36,189 bases of DNA from an uncultured Muribaculaceae bacterium. GTDB lineage: Bacteria > Bacillota_I > Bacilli_A > RF39 > UBA660. The position numbers and the translations under genes are program-made. The first letter of the stretch is position 1, and each line of letters opens with the position of its first letter. Under the pieces are notes generated by a model. That model saw only the letters and a list, made by a program, of their open reading frames with translations, did not search any database and was not told where the DNA came from. Positions 1 to 9,177 of the stretch are shown in pieces. Location of the stretch: contig CAZGKC010000002.1 in the NCBI GenBank assembly GCA_964526205.1, positions 1-36,189 on the forward strand, given 5' to 3'.

Positions 1-2
1 TT

Positions 3-848
3 ATTGGCTTTTATGAAATCAATGGTAAATTTAATAAAGGAAATCCTATCCTTAAATCTGGTGATTATATTATAAAAGTAAATAATGAAGATGTTAATAC
101 CGTAGAACAATTAACTAAAGTTATTGAAAATAATATATCACAAAATGAAATTGAATTAACTTATAAAAGAAATGGTAAAATAAAAACAAGTACATTAAAA
201 TTAATTAAAGACAATGATATTTATAAAACAGGATTATATGTAAAAGATAGTATTACTGGAATTGGAACATTATCTTATATTGATCCTATAACAAAGGTAT
301 TTGGTGCTTTAGGACATGAAATAATCGAATCAAATACTAATGAAATAGTAGAAATAAAAAGTGGAGAAATCTTTCGTAATTATATAACAAGTATTGAAAA
401 ATCTACTAACGGATATGCCGGTAGTAAGAATGCTTTATTTTATTATGAAACTAAATATGGTATTATAACCAAAAATACTAATGTCGGAATATATGGTATT
501 TATAACAAACCATTACCTGAAAAAGAAACTGTTAAAATAGCCACCAAAGAAGAGATAAAATTAGGTGCAGCATCCATCTATACAGTATTAGACAAAGAAA
601 AAGTTGAAGAATTTAATATCGAAATAACAAAAATAGATCAAACAAGTGATACCAAAAATATAACATTCCTAATAAATGATAAAAACCTCCTTGCCCAAAC
701 CGGAGGAGTTATTCAAGGAATGAGTGGTTCACCAATCATGCAAGAAGGAAAACTAATCGGAGCAATAACCCATGTCATAATTGATAATCCTACCACAGGT
801 TATGGTATTTTTATTACATCTATGTTGGAAGAAGGGGAAAAGGAATAA
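3..848 (+). CDS. spoIVB: SpoIVB-type (peptidase S55) sporulation serine peptidase, C-terminal ~281 aa; 5' end outside the window
   Basis: Frame 3 is open from the window edge to TAA 846-848. It is missing from the supplied ORF track because there is no in-window start. My translation shows a PDZ-like segment (GDYIIKVNNEDVNTVEQL), GIGTLSYIDP..FGALGHEI, and VIQGMSGSPIMQEGKLIGAITHVIIDNPTTGYGIFITSML. This matches the SpoIVB C-terminal signature as I remember it. Confidence 0.75.
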   Translation: MGFYEINGKFNKGNPILKSGDYIIKVNNEDVNTVEQLTKVIENNISQNEIELTYKRNGKIKTSTLKLIKDNDIYKTGLYVKDSITGIGTLSYIDPITKVFGALGHEIIESNTNEIVEIKSGEIFRNYITSIEKSTNGYAGSKNALFYYETKYGIITKNTNVGIYGIYNKPLPEKETVKIATKEEIKLGAASIYTVLDKEKVEEFNIEITKIDQTSDTKNITFLINDKNLLAQTGGVIQGMSGSPIMQEGKLIGAITHVIIDNPTTGYGIFITSMLEEGEKE

Positions 849-860
849 AAACCCTTTTTC

Positions 861-1943
861 TTATGCTAATAAACCTAATTTATTTTTTAACTTTAATATT
901 CTAAGAACGGCATTGTTAATGTCTTCTTCACTAATACTACCCTCTTCCACAGCTTTAATTACTGCAGGAATAGCTTCTTTAAAATCAGTTATACAAATTA
1001 TATCATTTCCAGCCTTAATGGCAGTTACTGCAACATTTTCCTCCATACTATATTTACTTATTGCATCCATATCTAAATCATCAGTAATAATTACCCCATC
1101 ATATCCTAAATCATCCCTTAAAATATTATGGATTTTAAGAGAAAGAGAACTAGGAACACTATCAATACTTTCCACAATATTATGAGAAACCATAACCATA
1201 CTAGCACCAGCCTTAATACCCTCTTCAAATGGTATCATATCATTATTTCTTAAGTACTCATAACTTCTTTCATCCACCGATGAATCAACATGAGTATCAC
1301 TATTTGACCCATAACCAGGAAAGTGCTTTAATACTGAACCTATGTGGGATTCATTCATGGCAGTTACTACTGTTTTAACATAAGTACTAGTATCACTAAC
1401 ATTACCACCAAAAGTTCTCTTATATATATAATCCCCAGGACTAGCCATATCAGCAACTGGAGCAAAATTAACATTAATACCTAAATCAAGCAAAAAATTA
1501 GCTTTATCTACAGTATCTTGATATATCATATCAAAACCACCAAGAGCATATAACTCTTGAGCAGATTTAAAAGCCTCATCCCGCAATTCTTTATACTTAC
1601 TAATTCTAACAACACTTCCCCCTTCTTCATCAACTCCAATAAACATTGGAATACTTGCTGCTTCTTGAAACGAGGCAATTTTATTTTTTACATCTTCCTT
1701 ACTAAATCCTTCAAAATCACTAGAAAAAAGTATATATCCCCCAAGTTTATACTCACTTATAGATTCTATTTGTTCTTCTTTTGGACATCTAACTATAAAC
1801 ATTTGACCAATTTTTTCTTCTAAATTCATTTGTTCTAATAATTCTTCTTCTAAAGAAATATCCTCTTTATAATTATTATTAATAATTAAACAAACTAAAA
1901 AAGTTAACATGACTATTACTAAAAAGAATTTTAAATATTTCAT
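861..1943 (-). CDS. Glycoside hydrolase family 3 beta-N-acetylhexosaminidase-like protein with N-terminal membrane anchor/signal
   Basis: GH3 N-terminal domain motifs KIGQMFIV, GVDEEGGSVVRI and KHFPGYGSNSDTHVD; hydrophobic N-terminus. ATG at 1943 is preferred over the track's GTG at 1952 because AAAGGTGA lies 5 nt upstream of it. Confidence 0.75.
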   Translation of the reverse strand: MKYLKFFLVIVMLTFLVCLIINNNYKEDISLEEELLEQMNLEEKIGQMFIVRCPKEEQIESISEYKLGGYILFSSDFEGFSKEDVKNKIASFQEAASIPMFIGVDEEGGSVVRISKYKELRDEAFKSAQELYALGGFDMIYQDTVDKANFLLDLGINVNFAPVADMASPGDYIYKRTFGGNVSDTSTYVKTVVTAMNESHIGSVLKHFPGYGSNSDTHVDSSVDERSYEYLRNNDMIPFEEGIKAGASMVMVSHNIVESIDSVPSSLSLKIHNILRDDLGYDGVIITDDLDMDAISKYSMEENVAVTAIKAGNDIICITDFKEAIPAVIKAVEEGSISEEDINNAVLRILKLKNKLGLLA

Positions 1944-1982
1944 TTTAATCACCTTTATTAGTATAGCACATTAACTTCAATT

Positions 1983-3392
1983 TTAGTATTGTCTTCCAAT
2001 ATAAACTCTCGTTATTGCTTTCTTTCCACAAATAGGACAATCACCAGTTATCTTTTCATCTTCTATTAAACATCTCGTCTTTAAGCCAAAATCATCTTTA
2101 ATCTTATCTTCACAAGCCTCATCACCACACCAGTTTATTTTAATAAATCCTGGTTTAGTTTCACTAATATTTTTAATCTCCTCATAACTATTAGCATCAT
2201 ATATCATCGAATCTCTTCTTACTTTAGCTCGATTAAACATATCTTTTTGAATAGTATCTAATAAATCTTGAATATTCATAACAACATCATTATAAGAAAC
2301 AACAATCTTTTCTTTAGTATCTCTTCTTACCAAAGTTACTTTATCTTCTTTTAAATCTCTTGCCCCAAGTTCTATCCTAATTGGATAACCCTTAACTTCA
2401 GCATCCGCAAATTTAAAGCCTGGAGTCTTATCACTATCATCAACTTTAAATGTAATATTATTACTATTAAGTTTATTTTTTAAATCTTCTAGTTTTTCCT
2501 CTACATCACCAATAGGTATAATTATAACTTTCCAAGGAGCAATTTTTGGTGGTAATACTAAGCCTGAATCATCACCATGCGTCATAATGATAGCACCAAT
2601 CATCCTGGTCGTAACGCCCCAACTAGTTTGATAAGGCGTTTTTACTTTATTATCAGCATCCGTAAATTTAATATCAAATGCTTTAGCAAAGTGATTACCA
2701 AAATAATGACTAGTACCATTTTGTAAAGCATATCCATTATACATCATTGCTTCTAAAGTACAAGAAAACTCTGCTCCCGCAAACTTTTCTTTTTCCGTTT
2801 TCTTTCCCACAATGACAGGTAATGCTAAATAATCTTCTTGAAAAGTTTTATAGACATTAAGCATCCTCATTGTCTCAGCAATTGCTTCTTCCGCAGTTCT
2901 ATGCATTGTATGCCCTTCTTGCCAAAGAATTTCTCTACTCCGAAGAAAAGGTCTTGTTGTTTTTTCCCATCTAACAATAGTACACCATTGATTATAAAGC
3001 TTTGGTAAATCCCGATAAGTATGAATTATTTTCTTATAATGTTCACAAAAAAGAACTTCACTAGTAGGTCTTACACACATTCTTTCTTCTAACTTTTCAT
3101 TCCCCCCATGTGTAACCCAAGCAACTTCAGGAGCAAAACCTTTTACATGCTCTTTTTCAACATTTAATAGACTTTCGGGAATAAACATAGGCATTTGAAC
3201 ATTTTCATGCCCCGTTTCTTTAAACATACCATCCAATACATTTTGCATTTGTTCCCAAATAGCATAACCCAAAGGTCTAATAATCATACTTCCTTTAACA
3301 CTGGAGTAATCTACTAAATCAGCTTTCGTACAAACATCAGTATACCACTTAGCAAAATCAACATCTCTATTTGTAATATCTTTTACTTCCAT
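1983..3392 (-). CDS. proS: Prolyl-tRNA synthetase (archaeal/eukaryote-like class IIa type, no editing insertion)
   Basis: 469 aa. N-terminus DFAKWYTDV...IRPLGYAIWE, class II motifs (RPTSE, FRSRE-like REILWQEGHT) and a C-terminal zinc-like CPICGK...YIGRQY tail typical of this ProRS type. Confidence 0.9.
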   Translation of the reverse strand: MEVKDITNRDVDFAKWYTDVCTKADLVDYSSVKGSMIIRPLGYAIWEQMQNVLDGMFKETGHENVQMPMFIPESLLNVEKEHVKGFAPEVAWVTHGGNEKLEERMCVRPTSEVLFCEHYKKIIHTYRDLPKLYNQWCTIVRWEKTTRPFLRSREILWQEGHTMHRTAEEAIAETMRMLNVYKTFQEDYLALPVIVGKKTEKEKFAGAEFSCTLEAMMYNGYALQNGTSHYFGNHFAKAFDIKFTDADNKVKTPYQTSWGVTTRMIGAIIMTHGDDSGLVLPPKIAPWKVIIIPIGDVEEKLEDLKNKLNSNNITFKVDDSDKTPGFKFADAEVKGYPIRIELGARDLKEDKVTLVRRDTKEKIVVSYNDVVMNIQDLLDTIQKDMFNRAKVRRDSMIYDANSYEEIKNISETKPGFIKINWCGDEACEDKIKDDFGLKTRCLIEDEKITGDCPICGKKAITRVYIGRQY

Positions 3393-3401
3393 AAAACCCT
3401 C

Positions 3402-3629
3402 TTATTCAGCATTAAATTCTTCTAACTTATTATCTTCAGTTAAAATCTTATTAACCTTCTCCGTGGCATCATTTAATTTTTCACTACAAAACTTAGCAAG
3501 CTTCATGGCTTCCGTATATTTATTAATAGCATCATCTAAATCAACATTACCATTTTCTAACTCTTTAACTATTTTCTCCAATTCTTGTAAACAATCTTCA
3601 AACTTCTTATTTTCTTCTTTTTCTTTCAT
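3402..3629 (-). CDS. xseB: Exodeoxyribonuclease VII small subunit
   Basis: Small helical protein with FEDCLQELEKIVKELENGNVDLDDAINKYTEAMKL, directly downstream of xseA. The second ATG (3629) has better spacing to AAAGGA than the ATG at 3638. Confidence 0.85.
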   Translation of the reverse strand: MKEKEENKKFEDCLQELEKIVKELENGNVDLDDAINKYTEAMKLAKFCSEKLNDATEKVNKILTEDNKLEEFNAE

Positions 3630-3653
3630 ATTATTCATTCCTTTCTAAAAAAC

Positions 3654-4919
3654 TTATTCTTTTACTTCTTTAACAATAGTTTTAATTTCTCCTTTAAATA
3701 ACTTAATTCTAACACTATCACCAACATTTACATCCTTACTTTCCTTAATAATCTTTCCCTCAACACTAGCCAAAGAATAACCTTTTTCTAATATTCCTAA
3801 GGGATTTACTAATTTTAAAGTATTAACCAATAATTTATACTTTTCTCTTCTCTTATCAACTAACACCATAGGATCTTGTAAAACATAAGACATTTCTATT
3901 TTATTTAACTTATATTTTTTATTATCAATAATAGTTCTAATATCTTTATTTAAATTATCAATTAAATTATCCAGCTTTTGTTCCTTAACTTCATACATTG
4001 CCATTGGGTTTTGTAAAATAAAACTATTCTTTAAACTTCTTAATTTAATAAATTTAGTATTAACCATATTCTTAATATTTTTATTAAGTCTTATTTTATA
4101 ATTATTTATTAAAGTATTAATATCAAGTACCGTCGGTACTGCCATTTCTGCAGCACCCGTCGGGGTTGGTGCTCTTAAATCTGCTACATAATCAGCAATC
4201 GTAAAATCAGGTTCATGTCCTACAGCACTAATAACTGGAGTTTTACATTCATAAATAGCTTGAGCAACACATTCTTCATTAAAAGCCCATAAATCTTCAA
4301 TTGATCCACCCCCACGACCAACAATGATTGTATCAACACCAAATTCATCTGCTCTTTTTAACTGTCTAACAATATCTGGAGCAGCACTCTTACCTTGAAC
4401 TAAGCAAGGAAATAAAATAGCTTCACACACAGGATATCTTCTTTTAATCGTACTCATAATATCTCTAACAGCAGCACCAGTTGATGCCGTTACTACACCA
4501 ATTTTCTCAGGAAACTTTGGTATTGGTACTTTATGAGAAGCATCAAACAAACCTTGAGCAGATAACTTCTTTTTTAACTTCTCATATTCAATATATAAAA
4601 CACCCAATCCATCCGGTTCCATTTTATCAATATATATTTGATAAGTCCCCGCCGTAGGATAAGCAGATATCCTTCCTTCCACCAACACATTCATTCCATC
4701 TTCAGGCACAAACGTAAGTCCACTAGCTCTACTTTGAAACATTACTGCACTAAGACGAGCATCATCATCTTTCAAAGTAAAATACAAATGCCCTCTGGTA
4801 TGATTCTTAAAATTACTAATTTCTCCCCTTAAATAAACCTTATTTAAAAATACATCTTCATCTAAAATACTTTTAATATAATTATTTAACTCACTAATCT
4901 TTATATATTCTTTATTCAT
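3654..4919 (-). CDS. xseA: Exodeoxyribonuclease VII large subunit
   Basis: 421 aa. OB-fold N-terminus (VYLRGEISNFKNHTRGHLYFTLKD), catalytic core (IGVVTASTGAAVRDI, IIVGRGGGSIEDLWAFN, ISAVGHEPDFTIADYVADLRAPTPT) and a coiled-coil tail. Confidence 0.9.
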   Translation of the reverse strand: MNKEYIKISELNNYIKSILDEDVFLNKVYLRGEISNFKNHTRGHLYFTLKDDDARLSAVMFQSRASGLTFVPEDGMNVLVEGRISAYPTAGTYQIYIDKMEPDGLGVLYIEYEKLKKKLSAQGLFDASHKVPIPKFPEKIGVVTASTGAAVRDIMSTIKRRYPVCEAILFPCLVQGKSAAPDIVRQLKRADEFGVDTIIVGRGGGSIEDLWAFNEECVAQAIYECKTPVISAVGHEPDFTIADYVADLRAPTPTGAAEMAVPTVLDINTLINNYKIRLNKNIKNMVNTKFIKLRSLKNSFILQNPMAMYEVKEQKLDNLIDNLNKDIRTIIDNKKYKLNKIEMSYVLQDPMVLVDKRREKYKLLVNTLKLVNPLGILEKGYSLASVEGKIIKESKDVNVGDSVRIKLFKGEIKTIVKEVKE

Positions 4920-4937
4920 AAAACATCACCTAATAAA

Positions 4938-5333
4938 TTAACTTTTAATATATTTATCTAAAATAGCATTAGTAATTTTAAATACACTATCATCACAATA
5001 TTTCTTTGCTAATTCCACTGCTTCATTAATAACAACAATCTCCGGAGTATCAGTATACTTAAGTTCATATAAAGCCATTCTAATAATTGAAGCCCCCGTT
5101 ATATCTATTCTTGATATATCCCAATCTTTTATCAAACTATTAGCAATTTCATCTAATTCATCTTTATATGTAACAACTCCATATACAATATTATCAACAA
5201 ACTCATTTTCTACTTCTAAATTATTTTTAATAACATCTTGAACATTAAAATCAATATCTTCTCTTTTATATATTTCCATTTGATATAAAATAATCATTAT
5301 AATGTTTCGTAGTTCACTTCTACTTTTGGTCAT
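4938..5333 (-). CDS. nusB: Transcription antitermination factor NusB
   Basis: 131 aa, SRSELRNIIMIILYQME...ASIIRMALYEL...VVINEAVELAKKY; conserved position upstream of xseA. Confidence 0.85.
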   Translation of the reverse strand: MTKSRSELRNIIMIILYQMEIYKREDIDFNVQDVIKNNLEVENEFVDNIVYGVVTYKDELDEIANSLIKDWDISRIDITGASIIRMALYELKYTDTPEIVVINEAVELAKKYCDDSVFKITNAILDKYIKS

Positions 5334-5395
5334 AAACCACCAACTCCTAACTTCTCAATTATATCAAATATTTCCCTAAAATAATAGTTTTTAAC

Positions 5396-5424
5396 AAGAA
5401 AAAACTGAATTTATCATTCAGTTT
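5396..5424 (-). terminator. Rho-independent terminator after tig
   Basis: Minus strand AAACUGAAU-gauaa-AUUCAGUUU (9 bp; arms 5402-5410/5416-5424) followed by UUUUCUUG. The stem overlaps the tig stop codon. Confidence 0.65.
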
Positions 5425-6667
5425 AATTATTATCCTTAAGAATTTCTAAAGCCTTTTGCATCTTTAAATCATATTTTACAACATCCATAGAACCATAAGC
5501 TTCAATAATCTCTTCTGTTGTAACTCCATAATTTGTAGCAATTTCTTTAGCTCTATTCATAACTTCTTCTTCCGTAAATTCAAACTTTTCTTGCTCTGCT
5601 ATTTCTTCTAACAAATAACGGTAAGTAACTCTTTTCTTAGCTTCTGGTTCCATTTGCTTCTTCAAATCACTTTCTTTAGTACCAGTCATTTGATAAAACT
5701 TTTCAATATCCATTCCTTGCATTTTTAATTGATTTGCATATTGATCAATCATTCTATGTACTTCATCATCAATAATCTCAGGATTAATATCTACTTTAAC
5801 ATTCTTAGCAGCAGCTTCTAAACATTTATCAACAAATTCATCTTCTAAATTATGTTCTTTTTCATGTTTAATTTCTTCTTTAATTTTTCCCTTTAATTCA
5901 TCTAATGTTTTTACATCATCATAACCTAAATCTTTAAAGAAATCTTCATTTAACTCTGGTAAAACTCTTGTTTTAACTTCATTAACAGTTACTTTAAACA
6001 ATACATCTTTGCCCTTTAAATCTTCAACATAATTATCAGGAAATTTAAGATTCAAATCTTTAGTATCTCCAGCCTTTAAGCCAATTAAACCTTCTTCAAA
6101 ACCAGGAATAAAAGAATGACTTCCAATCTCAAGAGGATAATTTTCACCCTTAGCACCATCAACTTCTTTACCATCAACAATTCCTGTAAAACTAATAATG
6201 GCAGTATCACCTTCTACAATTTCACTGTTTTCTTTAACCACCATATCAGCCATATGACCTCTTAGATGTTCAATTTCATCATTAACATCTTTTTCCGTAA
6301 CTTTAGCCTTTTCTTTCTTTATACCAAGATTCTTATATTCTCCCAACTTAACTTCAGGTTTAGTAATAATAGTAAATTTAAAATTAACTTCTTTTTCACT
6401 AATATTAGTAACATCAACCGTAGGTTCAACAACAGGAACAAGCTTAGAATCATCTAACGCTTTCTTATAAGCAACACTTATACAAGCATCAACAGCATCC
6501 ATATACAAAGACTCTAAACCAAATTTCTTAATATAAACCTCTTTTGGAGCACTACCCTTTCTAAATCCATCAATACTAACTTCTTTATTCTTCTTTTTAA
6601 AAGTATCATCTAAGGCTTTTAACCATTCCTTATCTAATTTAATTTCAACTTCATGTACATTTTTCAA
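5423..6667 (-). CDS. tig: Trigger factor (ribosome-associated PPIase chaperone)
   Basis: 414 aa; ribosome-binding GFRKGSAPKEV motif, central FKBP-type domain (GSHSFIPGFEEGLIGLKAGD). Apparent TTG start preceded by GGAAGGAAG. Confidence 0.9.
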   Translation of the reverse strand: MKNVHEVEIKLDKEWLKALDDTFKKKNKEVSIDGFRKGSAPKEVYIKKFGLESLYMDAVDACISVAYKKALDDSKLVPVVEPTVDVTNISEKEVNFKFTIITKPEVKLGEYKNLGIKKEKAKVTEKDVNDEIEHLRGHMADMVVKENSEIVEGDTAIISFTGIVDGKEVDGAKGENYPLEIGSHSFIPGFEEGLIGLKAGDTKDLNLKFPDNYVEDLKGKDVLFKVTVNEVKTRVLPELNEDFFKDLGYDDVKTLDELKGKIKEEIKHEKEHNLEDEFVDKCLEAAAKNVKVDINPEIIDDEVHRMIDQYANQLKMQGMDIEKFYQMTGTKESDLKKQMEPEAKKRVTYRYLLEEIAEQEKFEFTEEEVMNRAKEIATNYGVTTEEIIEAYGSMDVVKYDLKMQKALEILKDNN

Positions 6668-6693
6668 AAAACATCTTCCTTCCTCAAGTAATT

Positions 6694-6722
6694 ATTATAA
6701 TATATTTACTTTATTTTTACAA
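6694..6722 (-). promoter_or_regulatory. Sigma-A type promoter for tig (TTGTAA-17-TATAAT)
   Basis: Read on the minus strand: -35 TTGTAA (6717-6722), 17-nt spacer, -10 TATAAT (6694-6699), ~27 nt upstream of the tig start. Confidence 0.55.
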
Positions 6723-6727
6723 ACAAA

Positions 6728-7192
6728 TTAAGCAATTTTAGTTATCTTTATATTATATCCACCATTAGGACTTTCAACAAATACGGTATCTCCAACTTTA
6801 TGTTTTAGAAGAGCAATCCCAATTGGTGATTCATTAGATATTTTATTATCAAATGGATCAGCTTCCATCGAACCAACAATCTTGTATTCTTCTTCTTCAC
6901 CATCATCATCCACAATAGTAACAACAGAACCTAAATTAACTTCATTCTTATTAGCATTATCAATAATTTCGGCATGTTCTAATTTAAATTCCAATTCTTG
7001 AATCTTTGCTTCAATAATTGCTTGTTCATTACGTGCCGCATCATAATCGGCATTCTCTGATAAGTCACCTTGAGCTCTTGCTTCCTTTAAAGCCTTAATA
7101 ACTTCAGGTCTTCTAACATTCTTTAAATCATTTAATTCTGTTTCAGCCTCCAAGTAACCTTCAGCAGTCATAATAAATTTATCATTTTTCAT
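6728..7192 (-). CDS. greA: Transcription elongation factor GreA
   Basis: MTAEGYLEAETELNDLK...RPEVIKALKEARAQGDLSENADYDAARNEQ...SPIGIALLKHKVGD. ATG at 7192 is preceded by AAGGAG. The track's longer ORF (to 7258) runs through the greA promoter and the upstream gene's end. Confidence 0.9.
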   Translation of the reverse strand: MKNDKFIMTAEGYLEAETELNDLKNVRRPEVIKALKEARAQGDLSENADYDAARNEQAIIEAKIQELEFKLEHAEIIDNANKNEVNLGSVVTIVDDDGEEEEYKIVGSMEADPFDNKISNESPIGIALLKHKVGDTVFVESPNGGYNIKITKIA

Positions 7193-7229
7193 ATAAAATC
7201 GTCTCCTTATATACAATTTACAATACACA

Positions 7230-7258
7230 ATATTACTATATAAAATCTTTTTTGTCAA
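7230..7258 (-). promoter_or_regulatory. Sigma-A type promoter for greA (TTGACA-17-TAATAT) embedded in the 3' end of the upstream U32 gene
   Basis: Minus strand: TTGACA (7253-7258), 17 nt, TAATAT (7230-7235). Confidence 0.5.
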
Positions 7259-8417
7259 ATACTTTTAATCTCATCATATCATTTACATGTAAAGTATTAT
7301 CAACTTTCAAATAAATAATACTTTTAGGATGTCTTGCAACCTCAATATTTACCATATTTTCATCATACATTTTATTAATAACATAATTAAAAGTTTCCAT
7401 CTTTGGTCCAAAAAATTGTACTTCATATCCAACTTCAAAATAATTTCTAACTTCTATCTTTGTCATTTTATCTTGATAATCTAAAACTAATCCCAAAAAA
7501 TCTTGATTGGAAACTTCAATTCTACCATCAAAATATTGTTCCTTTACTCCCGGTAATTTAGCAAAAAATTGAGGAGTTGATTCTCTATTAGCACATCTAT
7601 TTAAAATATTCAGATAATAACTTTCTAAATTAAGTGTTAAAGCATTATTTAAAGCTGCATCAATCATTCGGCGATAACAAAGTAACACTGTAGAAATATA
7701 ATAAATGGAACGCATCCTTCCTTCTACCTTAAAAGAAGAAACTCCCATATCCATTTCCTCTTTAATAAAAGGAATCATATTTAAATCTTTAGGCATAATC
7801 GTTAAATTTGGTTTATCTACTACATTAAAATCCCAGCGACACACTTGAGCACATCCACCACGATTAGAATCTCGATTAGTCATATAATTAGATAAAATAC
7901 ATTTCCCACTAAAAGAAGTACACATAGCACCATGAATAAATGTTTCAATTTCTATACCAGTATCTTTTATTCTTTTTATATCTTCTCTAGAAGCCTCTCT
8001 AGCAAGCACTATTCTTTTTACTCCCAAATTTTGCCAAAACTTAACAGCTCTACTATTTAAAATACTTGCTTGCGTAGAAAGACAAACCATTAAATCTAGT
8101 TTTAATTCTGCAACCTTTCTTATAACACTTATATCACTAGCAATAATACCATCAACTTTAATATTCGCCAGGTACTTTAAATAATCTTCTAACCCCTTAA
8201 AATCATCATCATGAAATACAATATTAACTGTAACATAAAATTTCTTTCCTAAACTATGGGCATAATTAGTGGCTTCTTTTAATTCTTCCCAGTTAAAGTT
8301 CTTAGCGTTGGCTCTCAGACTAAAATCTTGACCTCCCCCATAAACAGCATCTGCCCCATAAAGGTAAGCAAACATCATTTTCTCTTTATCTCCCGCTGGA
8401 GCTAACAATTCAGTCAT
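7236..8417 (-). CDS. yrrO: Peptidase U32 family protein, YrrO/TrhP2-like (prephenate-dependent tRNA U34 hydroxylation family)
   Basis: 393 aa with an intact U32 signature ETFIHGAMCTSFSGKCILSNYMTNRDSNRGGCAQVCR (CX6CX15CX3C). Lies in the conserved yrrM-yrrN-yrrO arrangement. The ATG overlaps the upstream stop (ATGA). Confidence 0.8.
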   Translation of the reverse strand: MTELLAPAGDKEKMMFAYLYGADAVYGGGQDFSLRANAKNFNWEELKEATNYAHSLGKKFYVTVNIVFHDDDFKGLEDYLKYLANIKVDGIIASDISVIRKVAELKLDLMVCLSTQASILNSRAVKFWQNLGVKRIVLAREASREDIKRIKDTGIEIETFIHGAMCTSFSGKCILSNYMTNRDSNRGGCAQVCRWDFNVVDKPNLTIMPKDLNMIPFIKEEMDMGVSSFKVEGRMRSIYYISTVLLCYRRMIDAALNNALTLNLESYYLNILNRCANRESTPQFFAKLPGVKEQYFDGRIEVSNQDFLGLVLDYQDKMTKIEVRNYFEVGYEVQFFGPKMETFNYVINKMYDENMVNIEVARHPKSIIYLKVDNTLHVNDMMRLKVFDKKDFI

Positions 8418-9177
8418 CTAAATCACCCACTTTAAATACCGTTTTCTTATCTAAAAAATATCTACTAGTTAAAATACCAGTTGTATCATTATTAAAAACT
8501 ACTCTTTTTAATTCTTCTGTGCTTAAAAAAACACCATCATACCAACAATATAATAAATTATGAACATCAGTAAGTTCTAAAGCATCATAATATTTCTTAC
8601 CATAAAACTTCGTCCCATATTCATTTTCCCATATCTTAAATTCTTTATCATTAATTGCTGCTTCCATAGTATTATCTTTCTCTAAGCCATGAAACTCTTC
8701 ATAATTAGACAAAAGTAATCTTCTTGAATACATAAGTCCTTTAAGCCCAAAACCATACAAAACTAGCTTTTTCTTACAATTAGCAAATATATTTAATATT
8801 TCTTCTTTACTTAAATCACTAGAAACAACTACACTATCTACATAATCTAAATAATAATTAATAGATATACTACTATTACTAATATGATCTAATAATAAAA
8901 TCTTAGTAATATTCATATTTTTTATAACATCAAGAACTCCTAAATCATCAAAAACAATTCCTTTAATATTACTTTCAACAAGTATTCTTTCTAATTTATC
9001 TAAATCACTATCATTTAAAATGCGATTAATAAGTAAAAACTCATCAATCTCATCAATAGCAAAAGTAACCTCATACCCAACACAATAATCTTGTAATGGA
9101 TAAAGAAGGGTAATATCTTCCCTTCCTTTGAATTCCTTTATAACCTCTTTATTTATTACTGTAACTAACTTATTCAT
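8410..9177 (-). CDS. YrrN-position U32-like paralogue lacking the Cys motif (degenerate partner subunit?)
   Basis: Sits between the trmR-like and yrrO-like genes with 8-nt overlaps on both sides. The segment LYGFGLKGLMYSRRLLLSNYEEF aligns by eye with HGAMCTSFSGKCILSNY of the neighbour, but no cysteines are retained. Start at MNKLVTV (9177) is preferred over the track's 9231. Confidence 0.55.
   Translation of the reverse strand: MNKLVTVINKEVIKEFKGREDITLLYPLQDYCVGYEVTFAIDEIDEFLLINRILNDSDLDKLERILVESNIKGIVFDDLGVLDVIKNMNITKILLLDHISNSSISINYYLDYVDSVVVSSDLSKEEILNIFANCKKKLVLYGFGLKGLMYSRRLLLSNYEEFHGLEKDNTMEAAINDKEFKIWENEYGTKFYGKKYYDALELTDVHNLLYCWYDGVFLSTEELKRVVFNNDTTGILTSRYFLDKKTVFKVGDLDD

Noticed and set aside
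781-1185. Track ORFs lying antisense to or overlapping long conserved genes: 781-1185, 1557-1823, 3463-3648, 4638-4832, 6266-6457, 9567-9785, 11043-11240, 12969-13193, 14577-14789, 25552-25827, 30273-30611, 32644-32850 and 35062-35310.
   Set aside because: Each sits entirely or almost entirely opposite a recognisable gene and has low-complexity Ser/Phe/Ile/Leu/Asn-rich translations with no SD. These are shadow ORFs expected in AT-rich DNA.
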